Assembly: GCA_038226155.1 (NCBI GenBank)
Contig: JBBRQQ010000001.1
Coordinates: 55,548 to 119,547, forward strand
Source: Burkholderiales bacterium
GTDB lineage: Bacteria; Pseudomonadota; Gammaproteobacteria; Burkholderiales; Burkholderiaceae_C
DNA length: 64,000 nt
Direction: 5' to 3'
The translations under genes and the position numbers were made by a program. This document shows, piece after piece, positions 39,445-49,137 of this stretch. The stretch's first letter is position 1; every line of letters starts with the position of its first letter. A model generated the notes under the pieces. That model made no database searches. It was not told the DNA's origin and saw only the letters and a program-made list of their open reading frames with translations.

Positions 39445-40800
39445 GTGTCCATGTCTGCCGTCTTCAACTTCACGTTTGTTCCCTGGTTCCGGTCTGTTGC
39501 GCCGTACATCCACACGCATCGCGATAAAACCTTTGTAGTCGGCATTGCCGGTGAGGCGATCGCCGCCGGCAAGCTGCAACACATTGCGCAAGACCTGGCG
39601 CTGATTCAAAGCATGGGCGTGAAGATCGTTCTGGTGCATGGCTTCAGGCCACAAGTCAATGAGCAGCTCGCAGCCAAGGGCCACGAAGCAAAGTACTCGC
39701 ACGGCATGCGCATCACCGACGAAGTCGCACTTGACTGCGCACAAGAGGCCGCGGGCCAGTTGCGCTTTGAGATCGAGGCCGCCTTCAGCCAGGGGCTGCC
39801 CAACACCCCCATGGCCGGTGCCACGGTGCGCGTGATTTCTGGCAACTTCATCACCGCCCGTCCCGTCGGCATCGTCGATGGCGTGGACTTCAAGCATTCA
39901 GGCCTGGTACGCAAGGTCGATACCGCAGGCATTATGCGCACGCTTGACTTTGACGCCATGGTGCTACTGTCGCCTTTCGGCTATTCACCAACTGGCGAAG
40001 CTTTTAACCTGACGATGGAAGAAGTTGCCACCAGTGTGGCGATTGAACTGCAGGCTGACAAACTAATTTTCCTGACTGAAATCCCCGGTATACGCACCAA
40101 CCCCGACCAGCCCGAAAGCGAAGACAATCCCATCGATACCGAGTTGCCGCTGGCCGCCGCTGAAAAGCTGCTGGCCCAGCTACCCAACCCGAAACAACCT
40201 ACCGACACCGCGTTCTATTTGCAGCACTGCGTCAAGGCCTGCAAGAACGGTGTGGAGCGCAGCCACATCTTGCCATTCGCGGTAGATGGCTCGCTGCTGC
40301 TGGAAATTTACGTGCATGACGGCATCGGCACCATGGTCATTGATGAAAAGCTTGAAGAGCTGCGTGAAGCCACCGCTGACGACGTGGGCGGCATACTGCA
40401 ATTGATAGAGCCATTCGAAAAAGACGGCACACTTGTCAAGCGCGACCGCACCGAGATCGAACGTGATGCAGACCACTACACCATCGTCGAACACGACGGC
40501 ATTATTTTTGCCTGCGCCGCCCTCTACCCCTACCCGGAAGCCAAAACCGCCGAGATGGCGGCCCTGACCGTATCACCCCAAAGCCAGGGGCAGGGTGACG
40601 GCGAAAAAATCCTGAAGCGCATAGAGCAACGCGCCAGAGCCGCCGGCCTGCAAAGTATTTTTGTACTGACCACACGCACCATGCACTGGTTCATCAAGCG
40701 CGGTTTTGTACAAATGGACCCCGACTGGCTACCCGAAGCCCGCAAGCGCAAATACAACTGGGATCGCAAGAGCCTGGTGCTGGTTAAAAAGCTGAGTTGA
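39445..40800 (+). CDS. argA: amino-acid N-acetyltransferase (N-acetylglutamate synthase)
   Basis: FVPWFRSVAPYIHTHRDKTFVVGIAGEAI kinase-like domain plus a C-terminal GNAT domain (QGQGDGEKILKRIE). Confidence 0.9.
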   Translation: MSMSAVFNFTFVPWFRSVAPYIHTHRDKTFVVGIAGEAIAAGKLQHIAQDLALIQSMGVKIVLVHGFRPQVNEQLAAKGHEAKYSHGMRITDEVALDCAQEAAGQLRFEIEAAFSQGLPNTPMAGATVRVISGNFITARPVGIVDGVDFKHSGLVRKVDTAGIMRTLDFDAMVLLSPFGYSPTGEAFNLTMEEVATSVAIELQADKLIFLTEIPGIRTNPDQPESEDNPIDTELPLAAAEKLLAQLPNPKQPTDTAFYLQHCVKACKNGVERSHILPFAVDGSLLLEIYVHDGIGTMVIDEKLEELREATADDVGGILQLIEPFEKDGTLVKRDRTEIERDADHYTIVEHDGIIFACAALYPYPEAKTAEMAALTVSPQSQGQGDGEKILKRIEQRARAAGLQSIFVLTTRTMHWFIKRGFVQMDPDWLPEARKRKYNWDRKSLVLVKKLS

Positions 40801-40833
40801 GCACCTCAGTCAATTAAAAAAGCCCCGCAGGTT

Positions 40834-40866
40834 GCTACAGTTTTAGTAGCTGGCCACGACCGATCT
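40834..40866 (+). repeat. Truncated intergenic copy C of the dispersed repeat
   Basis: GCTACAGTTTTAGTAGCTGGCCACGACCGATCT. It has a perfect GCTAC/GTAGC stem and abuts the stop codon of the acyltransferase gene. Confidence 0.65.
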
Positions 40867-41926
40867 AACCCCGCCGCTTGCTCCAGTCACGCAGCGGCCT
40901 TTCAAAATACTTTTCACTGAGCAGCGCAAAACCAAAGGCACTGAACAGCACCGCTACGCCGAAAAGCAATCGGCCTGCAATTGGCCATTGCTCTGGGCTC
41001 ACAATTGTGAGTCTTGGCAACACCACATACGTCAAACCAAAAAAGATCACCGGGTGCAACAGGTAAAGACCATATGTGGCATCGCCCAGGTGCTGCGCGG
41101 CGCTCGACAGGCGGCTTTGAAGTTGCAGCCGTGATGCAATATGTACCAGCAAAAAGCACAGGCCGCCCAGAAGTAGTCCGCGCCAGCCAATCAACTCTTC
41201 GCCGCCCCTGGTGGGGTTGACCGCCAGCATCAGGGCGAAGCCGGCAAGAAGCGCCAACACGCCCAAGGTGCTGGACGAAAAGTTTTCAAAAACTTTTTTG
41301 CGGTGCGCCACACCTATCATGCAGCCGCCCATAAAGTACGCCGCAAATGCAGGTACCTGGTGGTAGGCCTCCAAGCGCGGCGCGGTAGCGGTCTGGCCTA
41401 CGGTGGCGTAAATCCAGGCCAGTTGCAGTGCCAGCAATGCGCCAAACAAACCCCATACCAAACACCGCGATCTAAAGCTCAAAATCAACAAGGGAAAGAG
41501 CAGATAAAAAATCGCTTCGATTCCCAGCGACCAGCCGCCCACCAGCACGGCATGGGTAGACGGATTGAAAAAACCAAATACAAAAAGCGCGTTCGACACA
41601 TACATACCCAGCAAGTCAAGCGTAGCGCCCTCTTTCAGTAACTTCCACGGCAGCACAACCAGCATCAGCGCGAGGTAAAGCGGTGCAAGCCGCAGGTAGC
41701 GCACCCACAAAAAGCTGCGAAAAGAAAACTGGCCAGAGCTAATGCGCCCGGCGTAGGTGTAGGCCAGGCTGGCACCGGACAACACAAAAAACAGGTACAC
41801 GCCATAAGTCCCAAACACATGCAGTTCGGTCACTTTCTGCCAATACAGCAGGTGGTAGCAGGTCACGGCAATAGCGCACAGGCCGCGCAGCAAGTCCCAT
41901 CCCAGCACGCGTTCAAGGGTTTTCAT
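40865..41926 (-). CDS. acyltransferase family 3 integral membrane protein
   Basis: GWDLLRGLCAIAVTCYHL, about 10 TM helices, 353 aa. Confidence 0.8.
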   Translation of the reverse strand: MKTLERVLGWDLLRGLCAIAVTCYHLLYWQKVTELHVFGTYGVYLFFVLSGASLAYTYAGRISSGQFSFRSFLWVRYLRLAPLYLALMLVVLPWKLLKEGATLDLLGMYVSNALFVFGFFNPSTHAVLVGGWSLGIEAIFYLLFPLLILSFRSRCLVWGLFGALLALQLAWIYATVGQTATAPRLEAYHQVPAFAAYFMGGCMIGVAHRKKVFENFSSSTLGVLALLAGFALMLAVNPTRGGEELIGWRGLLLGGLCFLLVHIASRLQLQSRLSSAAQHLGDATYGLYLLHPVIFFGLTYVVLPRLTIVSPEQWPIAGRLLFGVAVLFSAFGFALLSEKYFERPLRDWSKRRG

Positions 41927-43005
41927 AAGGCCTCAATCAACGACATATCGGGCTTGGCAAGCCAGGCCGAGAACTCATCAGCCAGTTGCTCTGCCTGCGA
42001 GGTCGATTGTGACCACGCTTTGACGCGCGCCTGCAAGTCAGGCCCATAGCGCACAAAGTCGGTACGGTCAGGCAGCTTGCTGTTGGGCAATGTTTTGATC
42101 CATTCAGCGCTTGGGGCCAGCACCACCATATTGTCCAAAAAAGGCGTTGCGCCATGCCGCCATTTCAGGCCTTTGTCTAACCAGCCGGGCACGATAGCTT
42201 TTTGAAAATGCGGGTACAACACCAAAGGCGCACTGGGCTCGGGCGCCTTGTAATTGAGGTGAAGGTGGTAATCGGTGATGCCGCCGTCCCAGTAGGCCCC
42301 CGGCGGCGCACCGGGAATGTTATGCACGGCGCGCAGCACAAACGGAATCGAGCAACTGGCTTGCAGTGCGGGCTGAAAGTTGGCTTCATCCAGATGGATT
42401 TGCCGGGTGCGGTAATCGCTGCCTGAAAACGGCAATGCAGCGCCCTGGCTCGAGAACACCACCCGTTCCAGCCAGGCACCCATTGCCTTGCGGTGCAGGC
42501 TGTTGCTCAGAAAAGCGCCAAGGTAGCCAAGCGGCGTGGCAATTTTGTGCTCGCGCGTCAGCACATGGCGGCCGCGTGACGTGACGATATGCAGCTTGTA
42601 ACGTGGGTGCTGCAAAACCTCTTGCGCCCTGCCGCGGTAAAAGTCTTGCAGGCTTTTACCGAACTGCTCGCTCACCACATCTGCGCTGGGCCGCTTTTGC
42701 CCAGGCTGCAGTTCGTAGTGAGTGGCAATGTAGTCGCGCTCCAGCCGTTTGAAGGCCGCTACCGGGTCATCAAGGCAAGCCGTCGCCATGCGCCACGCAC
42801 CTATGGAGGCGCCCACCAGATGCACCGGCTGAGTGCTCGTCGACAACCAGTCGCCAAAAATAAATCGATCCAGCGGCCCGAGAACCAACCCCTTGGGTCC
42901 ACCCGCAGCACCGGGGACGATGCCCACGTCCGCAGGTCTGAGTCCGTTTTGCTCGATGTGCAGCCGCGCCTTGGGGCCAGCGTAAATACGCAGAACATTT
43001 TTCAT
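41923..43005 (-). CDS. patatin-like phospholipase family protein
   Basis: Oxyanion GAAGGPKG, nucleophile elbow GASIGAW, and catalytic Asp in YWDGGITDY. Overlaps the downstream acyltransferase gene by 4 nt. Confidence 0.8.
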   Translation of the reverse strand: MKNVLRIYAGPKARLHIEQNGLRPADVGIVPGAAGGPKGLVLGPLDRFIFGDWLSTSTQPVHLVGASIGAWRMATACLDDPVAAFKRLERDYIATHYELQPGQKRPSADVVSEQFGKSLQDFYRGRAQEVLQHPRYKLHIVTSRGRHVLTREHKIATPLGYLGAFLSNSLHRKAMGAWLERVVFSSQGAALPFSGSDYRTRQIHLDEANFQPALQASCSIPFVLRAVHNIPGAPPGAYWDGGITDYHLHLNYKAPEPSAPLVLYPHFQKAIVPGWLDKGLKWRHGATPFLDNMVVLAPSAEWIKTLPNSKLPDRTDFVRYGPDLQARVKAWSQSTSQAEQLADEFSAWLAKPDMSLIEAL

Positions 43006-43006
43006 T

Positions 43007-43096
43007 GCTATTATTTTAGTAGCTGGTCACGCCCGTATTTATTGACTTGTGGCTATTTTTAGCTGTTGAAAATGGCTTTTTTTGGGTTTTTCAGGC
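43007..43096 (+). repeat. Intergenic copy A of the dispersed repeat (full length)
   Basis: GCTATTATTTTAGTAGCTGGTCACGCCCGTATTTATTG...GGCTATTTTTAGCTG...TTTTTCAGGC. It starts 2 nt upstream of the patatin ATG. Confidence 0.8.
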
Positions 43097-43114
43097 TCCG
43101 GATATGAAATCAGC

Positions 43115-45520
43115 TTACTTTTTCAGCCCTGCAAGCTTGCTGAAGGCTGATTCCATCGCCGACGGCGCTGCGGCTTGCGGCGCACGTGTCGGCCCTGCGC
43201 CATAACCACCACCACGCTGACTGCCTGTCGGTCTTGCGCCTTCAAAACGGTTGTCGCGAGGTGCGTCCCGTCGCGCGGTGCCCCCGGGAGACCCGGCTAC
43301 GTTACCCAGCTTCATGGTGAGGCCAATCCGCTTGCGGGCAACATCCACCTCGGTCACGCGCACCTTGACGATGTCGCCGGTTTTGACGACCTCGCGCGCA
43401 TCAGTCGTGAACTTGTGGCTGAGCTGGCTGACATGTACCAGCCCGTCCTGATGCACACCAATGTCGATGAAGGCACCAAACGCGGCGACGTTGCTGACGG
43501 TACCTTCAAGCTCCATGCCTTCTTTTAAATCCTGGATGGCTTCCACACCGTCGTTAAAGCGCGCCACCTTGAAATCGGGGCGCGGGTCACGGCCCGGCTT
43601 CTCCAACTCGGCAATGATGTCCTTGACGGTAATCACACCAAACTTGTCGTTTGCAAACAGCTCGGGTTTTAGCGTTTTGAGCATGTCGGCGCGGCCCATC
43701 AGCTCAGCCACAGGCCTGCCCGTGTGCAGCATGATTTGCTCGACAACGGCATAAGTCTCGGGGTGAACACCTGTCATGTCGAGTGGGCTGGTGCTGGCGT
43801 GCAAACGTAAAAACCCTGCGCTTTGCTCAAAGGTTTTGGCGCCCAGTCCGGTGACCTTGAGCAAGTCTGCGCGACTGGCAAACGCACCATTCGCATCGCG
43901 CCAGCGCACCACTGACTTGGCCACCGTTTGTGAGAGACCAGAGACGCGGGCCAGCAAAGGCACGCTGGCCGTGTTCAGGTCAACGCCCACGCTATTCACG
44001 CAATCTTCAACAACGGTGTCCAGGCTGCGCGCCAGCTCGCTCTGGTTCACGTCGTGCTGGTACTGGCCCACTCCAATTGATTTCGGGTCAATCTTCACCA
44101 GCTCGGCCAATGGGTCTTGCAGGCGGCGCGCAATGCTGGCCGCGCCGCGCAGGCTCACGTCCACGTCGGGCATCTCTAAACTAGCGAATTCGCTGGCTGA
44201 ATAGACCGACGCACCAGCTTCGCTGACGACGACTTTCTCAATTTTGGCATCCGAATTTTTGGCGAGTTGCTTCATCAGGTCAGCAGCCAGTTTGTCGGTC
44301 TCACGGCTCGCCGTGCCGTTGCCAATCGCAATCAGATTAACGCCGTGCTTTTCACACAGCTTGCCAAGGGTATGCAGCGAGCCCTCCCAATCCTTGCGCG
44401 GCTCATGCGGGAAGACGGTTGCCGTCTCTACCAGCTTGCCGGTACTATCCACTACCGCAACCTTTACCCCGGTGCGAATGCCGGGGTCCAGTCCCATCAC
44501 CACTCTTGGCCCGGCAGGTGCGGCCAACAGCAGGTCGCGCAGGTTGTCGGCAAATACCTTGATGGCGACTTTTTCGGCGCCTTCCCTTAGCCTGGTGAAC
44601 AGGTCACGCTCCAGAGACAAACTGAGCTTGACGCGCCAGGCCCAGGCGACGCATTTACGTATCAGGTTGTCAGCAGGCCGGGCCTTGTGGCTCCATTTCA
44701 AATGCAATGCGATTTTGCCTTCCGCCAATGACACCACGGGGCCAGCCTTCACGCCCGCTGCGATTTCAGGTGGCTCGGGCAACACGAGTTTTGCATCCAG
44801 AATCTCCAGGCCGCGTCCGCGAAAAACTGCCAGCGCCCGGTGCGACGGCACCCGGCCAATCGGCTCGTTATAGGCAAAGTAGTCTCTGAATTTTGCGATG
44901 TCTGCGTGGTTCCCATCTTTCCCCGTGACCAGCTTCGACGTAAACAAACCTTCGCTCCACAGCCAATTGCGCAATGACTGCACCAACGCAGCATCTTCTG
45001 CCCAGCGCTCGCTCAAAATATCGCGGACGCCATCGAGAACTGCTTGCGCGGTAGTGAAGTCGTCGCCAAGTTCGTTTTTTTCAAGCTTCACAAACGCGGC
45101 AGCCTCATCAAGCGGCACGAGTGACGGATCAGCAAACAACTTGTCTGCCAGCGGCTCAACGCCCGCTTCACGCGCAATCTGGCCCTTGGTACGGCGGCGC
45201 GGTTTGTAGGGCAGGTACAAATCCTCAAGGTCTTGTTTGGTTGCTGCAAATTCAATCGCGGCACGCAGCTCAGGGGCTAGCTTGCCTTGTTCGTCAATGC
45301 TTTTTAAAACCGCTTCGCGGCGCTCTTCAAGCTCACGCAGGTAACCAAGGCGGTATTCAAGTTCGCGCAACTGGATGTCGTCGAGACCGCCCGTTGCCTC
45401 CTTGCGGTATCGGGCAATAAAGGGGACTGTGGCACCGCCGTCAAGCAGATCGACAGCGATTTTGATTTGATGCTCGTTGACTTTTATTTCAAGCGCGATC
45501 TGGCGGATAATTTTTTGCAT
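43115..45520 (-). CDS. tex: Tex family transcription accessory protein (S1 RNA-binding)
   Basis: MQKIIRQIALEIKVNEHQIKIAVDLLDGGATVPFIARYRKEATGGLDD, YqgF-like and HhH regions, and a C-terminal S1 domain (GTVSNVAAFGAFIDIG). Start set at 45520. Confidence 0.9.
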   Translation of the reverse strand: MQKIIRQIALEIKVNEHQIKIAVDLLDGGATVPFIARYRKEATGGLDDIQLRELEYRLGYLRELEERREAVLKSIDEQGKLAPELRAAIEFAATKQDLEDLYLPYKPRRRTKGQIAREAGVEPLADKLFADPSLVPLDEAAAFVKLEKNELGDDFTTAQAVLDGVRDILSERWAEDAALVQSLRNWLWSEGLFTSKLVTGKDGNHADIAKFRDYFAYNEPIGRVPSHRALAVFRGRGLEILDAKLVLPEPPEIAAGVKAGPVVSLAEGKIALHLKWSHKARPADNLIRKCVAWAWRVKLSLSLERDLFTRLREGAEKVAIKVFADNLRDLLLAAPAGPRVVMGLDPGIRTGVKVAVVDSTGKLVETATVFPHEPRKDWEGSLHTLGKLCEKHGVNLIAIGNGTASRETDKLAADLMKQLAKNSDAKIEKVVVSEAGASVYSASEFASLEMPDVDVSLRGAASIARRLQDPLAELVKIDPKSIGVGQYQHDVNQSELARSLDTVVEDCVNSVGVDLNTASVPLLARVSGLSQTVAKSVVRWRDANGAFASRADLLKVTGLGAKTFEQSAGFLRLHASTSPLDMTGVHPETYAVVEQIMLHTGRPVAELMGRADMLKTLKPELFANDKFGVITVKDIIAELEKPGRDPRPDFKVARFNDGVEAIQDLKEGMELEGTVSNVAAFGAFIDIGVHQDGLVHVSQLSHKFTTDAREVVKTGDIVKVRVTEVDVARKRIGLTMKLGNVAGSPGGTARRDAPRDNRFEGARPTGSQRGGGYGAGPTRAPQAAAPSAMESAFSKLAGLKK

Positions 45521-45659
45521 GGGGCTTGAAAGGAATGAGAAATTGGGCCTGTTTATGCAGGCAAACCGACGCTGCGGGAGGGCATTGTCCCACAGCAAAA
45601 ACTGTGCGCACGCATGAGACTAAAAGTTGTTTAGGTAACGCTTTTTCAAGGAGATCATC

Positions 45660-46169
45660 ATGCGCGCAAGAACCATCTTTCTCATCACCGCCATACTGGC
45701 TTTGGCGGCATTTGCTGCGCTCAACGTGGATGAATTTACCCGTAGCAGCGTTCTCAGTCTCGGCTTCACGACCATTAAGTTGCCTTTGGGCCTCATTATG
45801 CTGTTGCTGCTGGTGATATCTGTGGTCGTATTTCTGGGGAGTACGCTTTACATGCAAAGCACCAACCTGCTTGAAACCCGAAAATACGCACGCGAGCTGA
45901 GTGCCCAGCGCGAATTGGCAAACAAGGCCGAGGCCTCACGCTTCACCGAACTGCGCACGCACCTGGATGCACAAACAGCCGCAACTGTGAGCCGCGAGGC
46001 CGCCAACGCGACCGTAATGGCCGAGCGCCTGAGCCGCGCGCAGGCAGCGCTGATGCTGCGAATTGAACAATCAGACGGAGCAACAGCCGCCTACATGGGC
46101 CAGCTTGAGGATCGCGTTGAACGAAAAATTAGCCACATCTCGCCACCGACCCGCGCGCCTCTGTTGTAA
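45660..46169 (+). CDS. hypothetical membrane protein (two TM helices plus coiled coil, LapA-like)
   Basis: MRARTIFLITAILALAAFAAL and LPLGLIMLLLLVISVVVFLG helices, followed by a charged helical tail. Confidence 0.5.
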   Translation: MRARTIFLITAILALAAFAALNVDEFTRSSVLSLGFTTIKLPLGLIMLLLLVISVVVFLGSTLYMQSTNLLETRKYARELSAQRELANKAEASRFTELRTHLDAQTAATVSREAANATVMAERLSRAQAALMLRIEQSDGATAAYMGQLEDRVERKISHISPPTRAPLL

Positions 46170-46261
46170 GAAAAGACCAATGTCCTCGACCAATATGCAA
46201 CCGGGTTGATTTCAGCGCGGCGGTCGGCCTTTGCGCCGTCTCATCTTGAAGGAGATGCCTC

Positions 46262-47032
46262 ATGTCATCATTATCTCGTTCCGTTGCTACACAATTAATA
46301 GCTGCTTGCGTCGTCACGGCCTGCGCTACAGCAGCTCTGGCCCAGCAAAACCAGTGCAGCGTCAAATCCGGCTCGACGCTGACCCCGGTGGTCGAGCTCT
46401 ACACCTCCGAGGGCTGCAGCTCCTGTCCACCTGCCGACAAATGGGCCTCCACCCTTAAGGACAAAGCCAAAGCTGGTGAATTGGTGGTTCAGGCCTTTCA
46501 CGTCGGTTACTGGGACTACATCGGCTGGGTAGACCGTTTTGCCGCACCAGGTTATACAAACCGCCAGCGTGACGTTGCAGCCAAAAACAATTTGCGCAGC
46601 ATCTACACGCCGCAAGCAGTACTGAACGGCAAGGATTGGCCCAACTGGGGTAGCCGACCTGGAGCTGGCGAGCCCGCTCGCGCCAGCATTGCATTAACGC
46701 AACTCGGGACTGACCAGTTTGAAGCAAGCGTGTTACCAGTGTCTTCATTGCCAACATCGCCAAGCTGGTCGGCCTACTGGACGATTACCGAACATGGACA
46801 CAACTCTAAAGTGGCAGCTGGTGAAAACGCTGGAGAATTTTTAAAGCATGACTTTGTGGTGCGCCAATACACGCAGGCTGGGGAATACAAAACCAGCGAC
46901 ACCCTTCCGCAAAAACTGACCTTTCGCAGCATCGCCTCAACGCCCGGTCATGCGCGGCAGGTCAATCTGGTGGTGTTTGACACAAAGACTGGCAAAACCT
47001 TGCAGGCGGTGAGCTTGCAGTGCGCAACCTGA
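46262..47032 (+). CDS. DUF1223 domain-containing secreted protein
   Basis: VELYTSEGCSSCPPADKW and HVGYWDYIGWVDRFA are DUF1223 hallmarks. Confidence 0.8.
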   Translation: MSSLSRSVATQLIAACVVTACATAALAQQNQCSVKSGSTLTPVVELYTSEGCSSCPPADKWASTLKDKAKAGELVVQAFHVGYWDYIGWVDRFAAPGYTNRQRDVAAKNNLRSIYTPQAVLNGKDWPNWGSRPGAGEPARASIALTQLGTDQFEASVLPVSSLPTSPSWSAYWTITEHGHNSKVAAGENAGEFLKHDFVVRQYTQAGEYKTSDTLPQKLTFRSIASTPGHARQVNLVVFDTKTGKTLQAVSLQCAT

Positions 47033-47136
47033 GATTGCTTGATCACACGCTGCCGACATTAAGCCAAACTTAAAGAGATGCAGAGCGAGGGCTTTTCATC
47101 GCCATAGCGACCATAGCGAGGTTAAGCTCGCGCCAC

Positions 47137-47688
47137 ATGCAGCCCAACCTACCACCCAAAGACAAATCAATCATCCAACAACTCCTGCGCAAGCTGTTTC
47201 TGGTGCCAGTGGTTTTGGTACTGCTGTTTGAAGAATGGGGTTGGGAGCCGCTGGCCCGGTGCTTCAACGCCCTGGCCCGGTTGCCGCTGTGGGGTGCAGT
47301 GGAGCGGCGCATCGCAAGCTTGCCGCCATGGGCCGCACTGCTGGCGTTTGCAGTGCCGGTGTTGGCACTGGTGCCCATCAAGCTGCTGGCGCTTTACTTA
47401 TTGGGCAATGGCCATCTGGTGATGGGTTTGGGTCTGGTGATGGGCGCCAAGATAACAGGCACTGCCTTTGCAGCGCGGCTGTTTCAGCTGACAGAACCGG
47501 CGCTGATGCGTCTTCACTGGTTTGCACGGCTGTACACACCCTGGAAAATCTGGAAAGACCGCATGCTGGAGCAGGTGCGTAACTCTGCCCCGTGGCGACG
47601 CTTCAAAGCCCTGAAGGCGCGTTGCAAGACAGCAGCAGCGCAACTGTGGCTGACCTTGAGAGCGCGGTTTTCAAGTAGCATTGATTAG
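47137..47688 (+). CDS. hypothetical membrane protein
   Basis: 183 aa with 3-4 hydrophobic helices; no domain recognised. The coding call rests on length, codon usage and lack of a competing ORF with a recognisable domain. Confidence 0.5.
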   Translation: MQPNLPPKDKSIIQQLLRKLFLVPVVLVLLFEEWGWEPLARCFNALARLPLWGAVERRIASLPPWAALLAFAVPVLALVPIKLLALYLLGNGHLVMGLGLVMGAKITGTAFAARLFQLTEPALMRLHWFARLYTPWKIWKDRMLEQVRNSAPWRRFKALKARCKTAAAQLWLTLRARFSSSID

Positions 47689-47706
47689 TCGCATCGCTAT
47701 AACTTT

Positions 47707-47790
47707 GCTATAGTTTTAATAGCTACTCGCGCCCGTATTGATTGAGCTTCGAGTGATTTATGCATAAAAAATGGGCTGAAAATTGCTTAA
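47707..47790 (+). repeat. Intergenic copy B of the dispersed repeat
   Basis: GCTATAGTTTTAATAGCTACTCGCGCCCGTATTGATTG followed by ...GGGCTGAAAATTGC, upstream of serA. Confidence 0.8.
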
Positions 47791-47866
47791 AAGCCGACTT
47801 TAAAGCTCAAGCGGGTGAAACAAGCCTTCACTACACGCGGTTTTTGCTTTGCGACATACTTCCCGC

Positions 47867-49096
47867 ATGACTCAAACCTCTCTCGACAAAGCTCAAATCA
47901 AATTTTTGCTGCTGGAGGGCATTCACCCTTCAGCGATCAAGGTACTCAAAAGTGCCGGTTACAGCAATATTGAGAGCCTGCCTGGTGCGCTGGAAGGCCA
48001 AGAGCTGAAAGCCAAAATTGCTGATGCACATTTTGTTGGCATTCGCTCGCGCACCCAGCTGACTGCCGATGTGTTTGCGCATGCGCACAAGCTGGCTGCT
48101 GTGGGGTGCTTTTGCATTGGCACCAACCAGGTTGATTTGAACGCCGCGCGCGAACGTGGCATTGCCGTGTTTAACGCGCCTTTTTCCAACACGCGCTCAG
48201 TGGCGGAGCTGGTACTGGCCGAGGCCATACTGCTTTTGCGCGGCGTACCCGAAAAGAGCGCAGTTGCGCACCGGGGCGGCTGGCTAAAGTCGGCTGAAAA
48301 TTCGTATGAGATTCGCGGCAAAACGCTGGGCATTGTCGGCTATGGCTCCATCGGCACGCAGCTCTCGGTGCTGGCCGAAGCACTCGGTATGCATGTCGTG
48401 TTTTTTGATGTGGTGACCAAGCTGTCATTGGGTAATGCGCGGCAAATCGCTGACTTGAAAGAACTGTTGGCAATGTCTGATGTGGTGACGCTGCACGTTC
48501 CCGAGCTGGACTCCACCCAATGGATGATTGGCGAGGCCGAAATTGCATCCATGAAGCCAGGGGCCGTACTGATAAACGCCTCACGCGGCACGGTGGTTGA
48601 AATTGAACCGCTGGCAAAGGCCCTGGTTGACAAAAAACTGCTGGGTGCAGCGATCGACGTTTTCCCGACTGAGCCCAAGAGCAACAAAGACAGTTTCGAG
48701 TCGCCCCTGCGCGGTCTGGACAACGTCATACTCACTCCGCACGTCGGTGGCTCAACCGTGGAAGCACAGGAAAACATCGGTGTTGAAGTCGCTGAAAAGC
48801 TGGTGAAATACAGCGACAACGGCACCTCCACCTCGTCTGTCAACTTTCCCGAAGTCGCCCTGCCCGCCCACCCCGGCAAGCACCGCCTGCTGCACATTCA
48901 CCGCAACGTGCCGGGTGTGCTCTCGGAAATCAACAAAGTGTTCGGTGCCAACCACATCAACATCGCGTCGCAATTCCTGCAAACCAACGGCGACATTGGC
49001 TATGTGGTGATTGATATTGACGCTGCACACTCCGACAAGGCGCTTGACATGCTGGCAGACGTGCCAGGCACGATTCGCAGCCGGGTCTTGTTTTAA
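47867..49096 (+). CDS. serA: D-3-phosphoglycerate dehydrogenase
   Basis: IKFLLLEGIHPSA, the GIVGYGSIGTQLS NAD motif, and a C-terminal ACT domain. ATG at 47867; the track start at 47849 is TTG. Confidence 0.9.
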   Translation: MTQTSLDKAQIKFLLLEGIHPSAIKVLKSAGYSNIESLPGALEGQELKAKIADAHFVGIRSRTQLTADVFAHAHKLAAVGCFCIGTNQVDLNAARERGIAVFNAPFSNTRSVAELVLAEAILLLRGVPEKSAVAHRGGWLKSAENSYEIRGKTLGIVGYGSIGTQLSVLAEALGMHVVFFDVVTKLSLGNARQIADLKELLAMSDVVTLHVPELDSTQWMIGEAEIASMKPGAVLINASRGTVVEIEPLAKALVDKKLLGAAIDVFPTEPKSNKDSFESPLRGLDNVILTPHVGGSTVEAQENIGVEVAEKLVKYSDNGTSTSSVNFPEVALPAHPGKHRLLHIHRNVPGVLSEINKVFGANHINIASQFLQTNGDIGYVVIDIDAAHSDKALDMLADVPGTIRSRVLF

Positions 49097-49137
49097 GCGC
49101 TTACATTGGCAATATTAAAACGCAAGAAATCCATCCC

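Noticed and set aside
46281-46310. Repeat-like GCTACACAATTAATAGCTGCTTGCG in the signal-peptide region of the DUF1223 gene
   Set aside because: Only the first ~20 nt resemble the repeat core, and the CGCCCGTA box and downstream blocks are missing. The peptide (VATQLIAACVV) is an ordinary signal-peptide h-region.
47102-47119. Tandem 9-mer CCATAGCGA x2 just upstream of the 47137 ORF
   Set aside because: This is a single short duplication, probably replication slippage. It is too small to assign a role.
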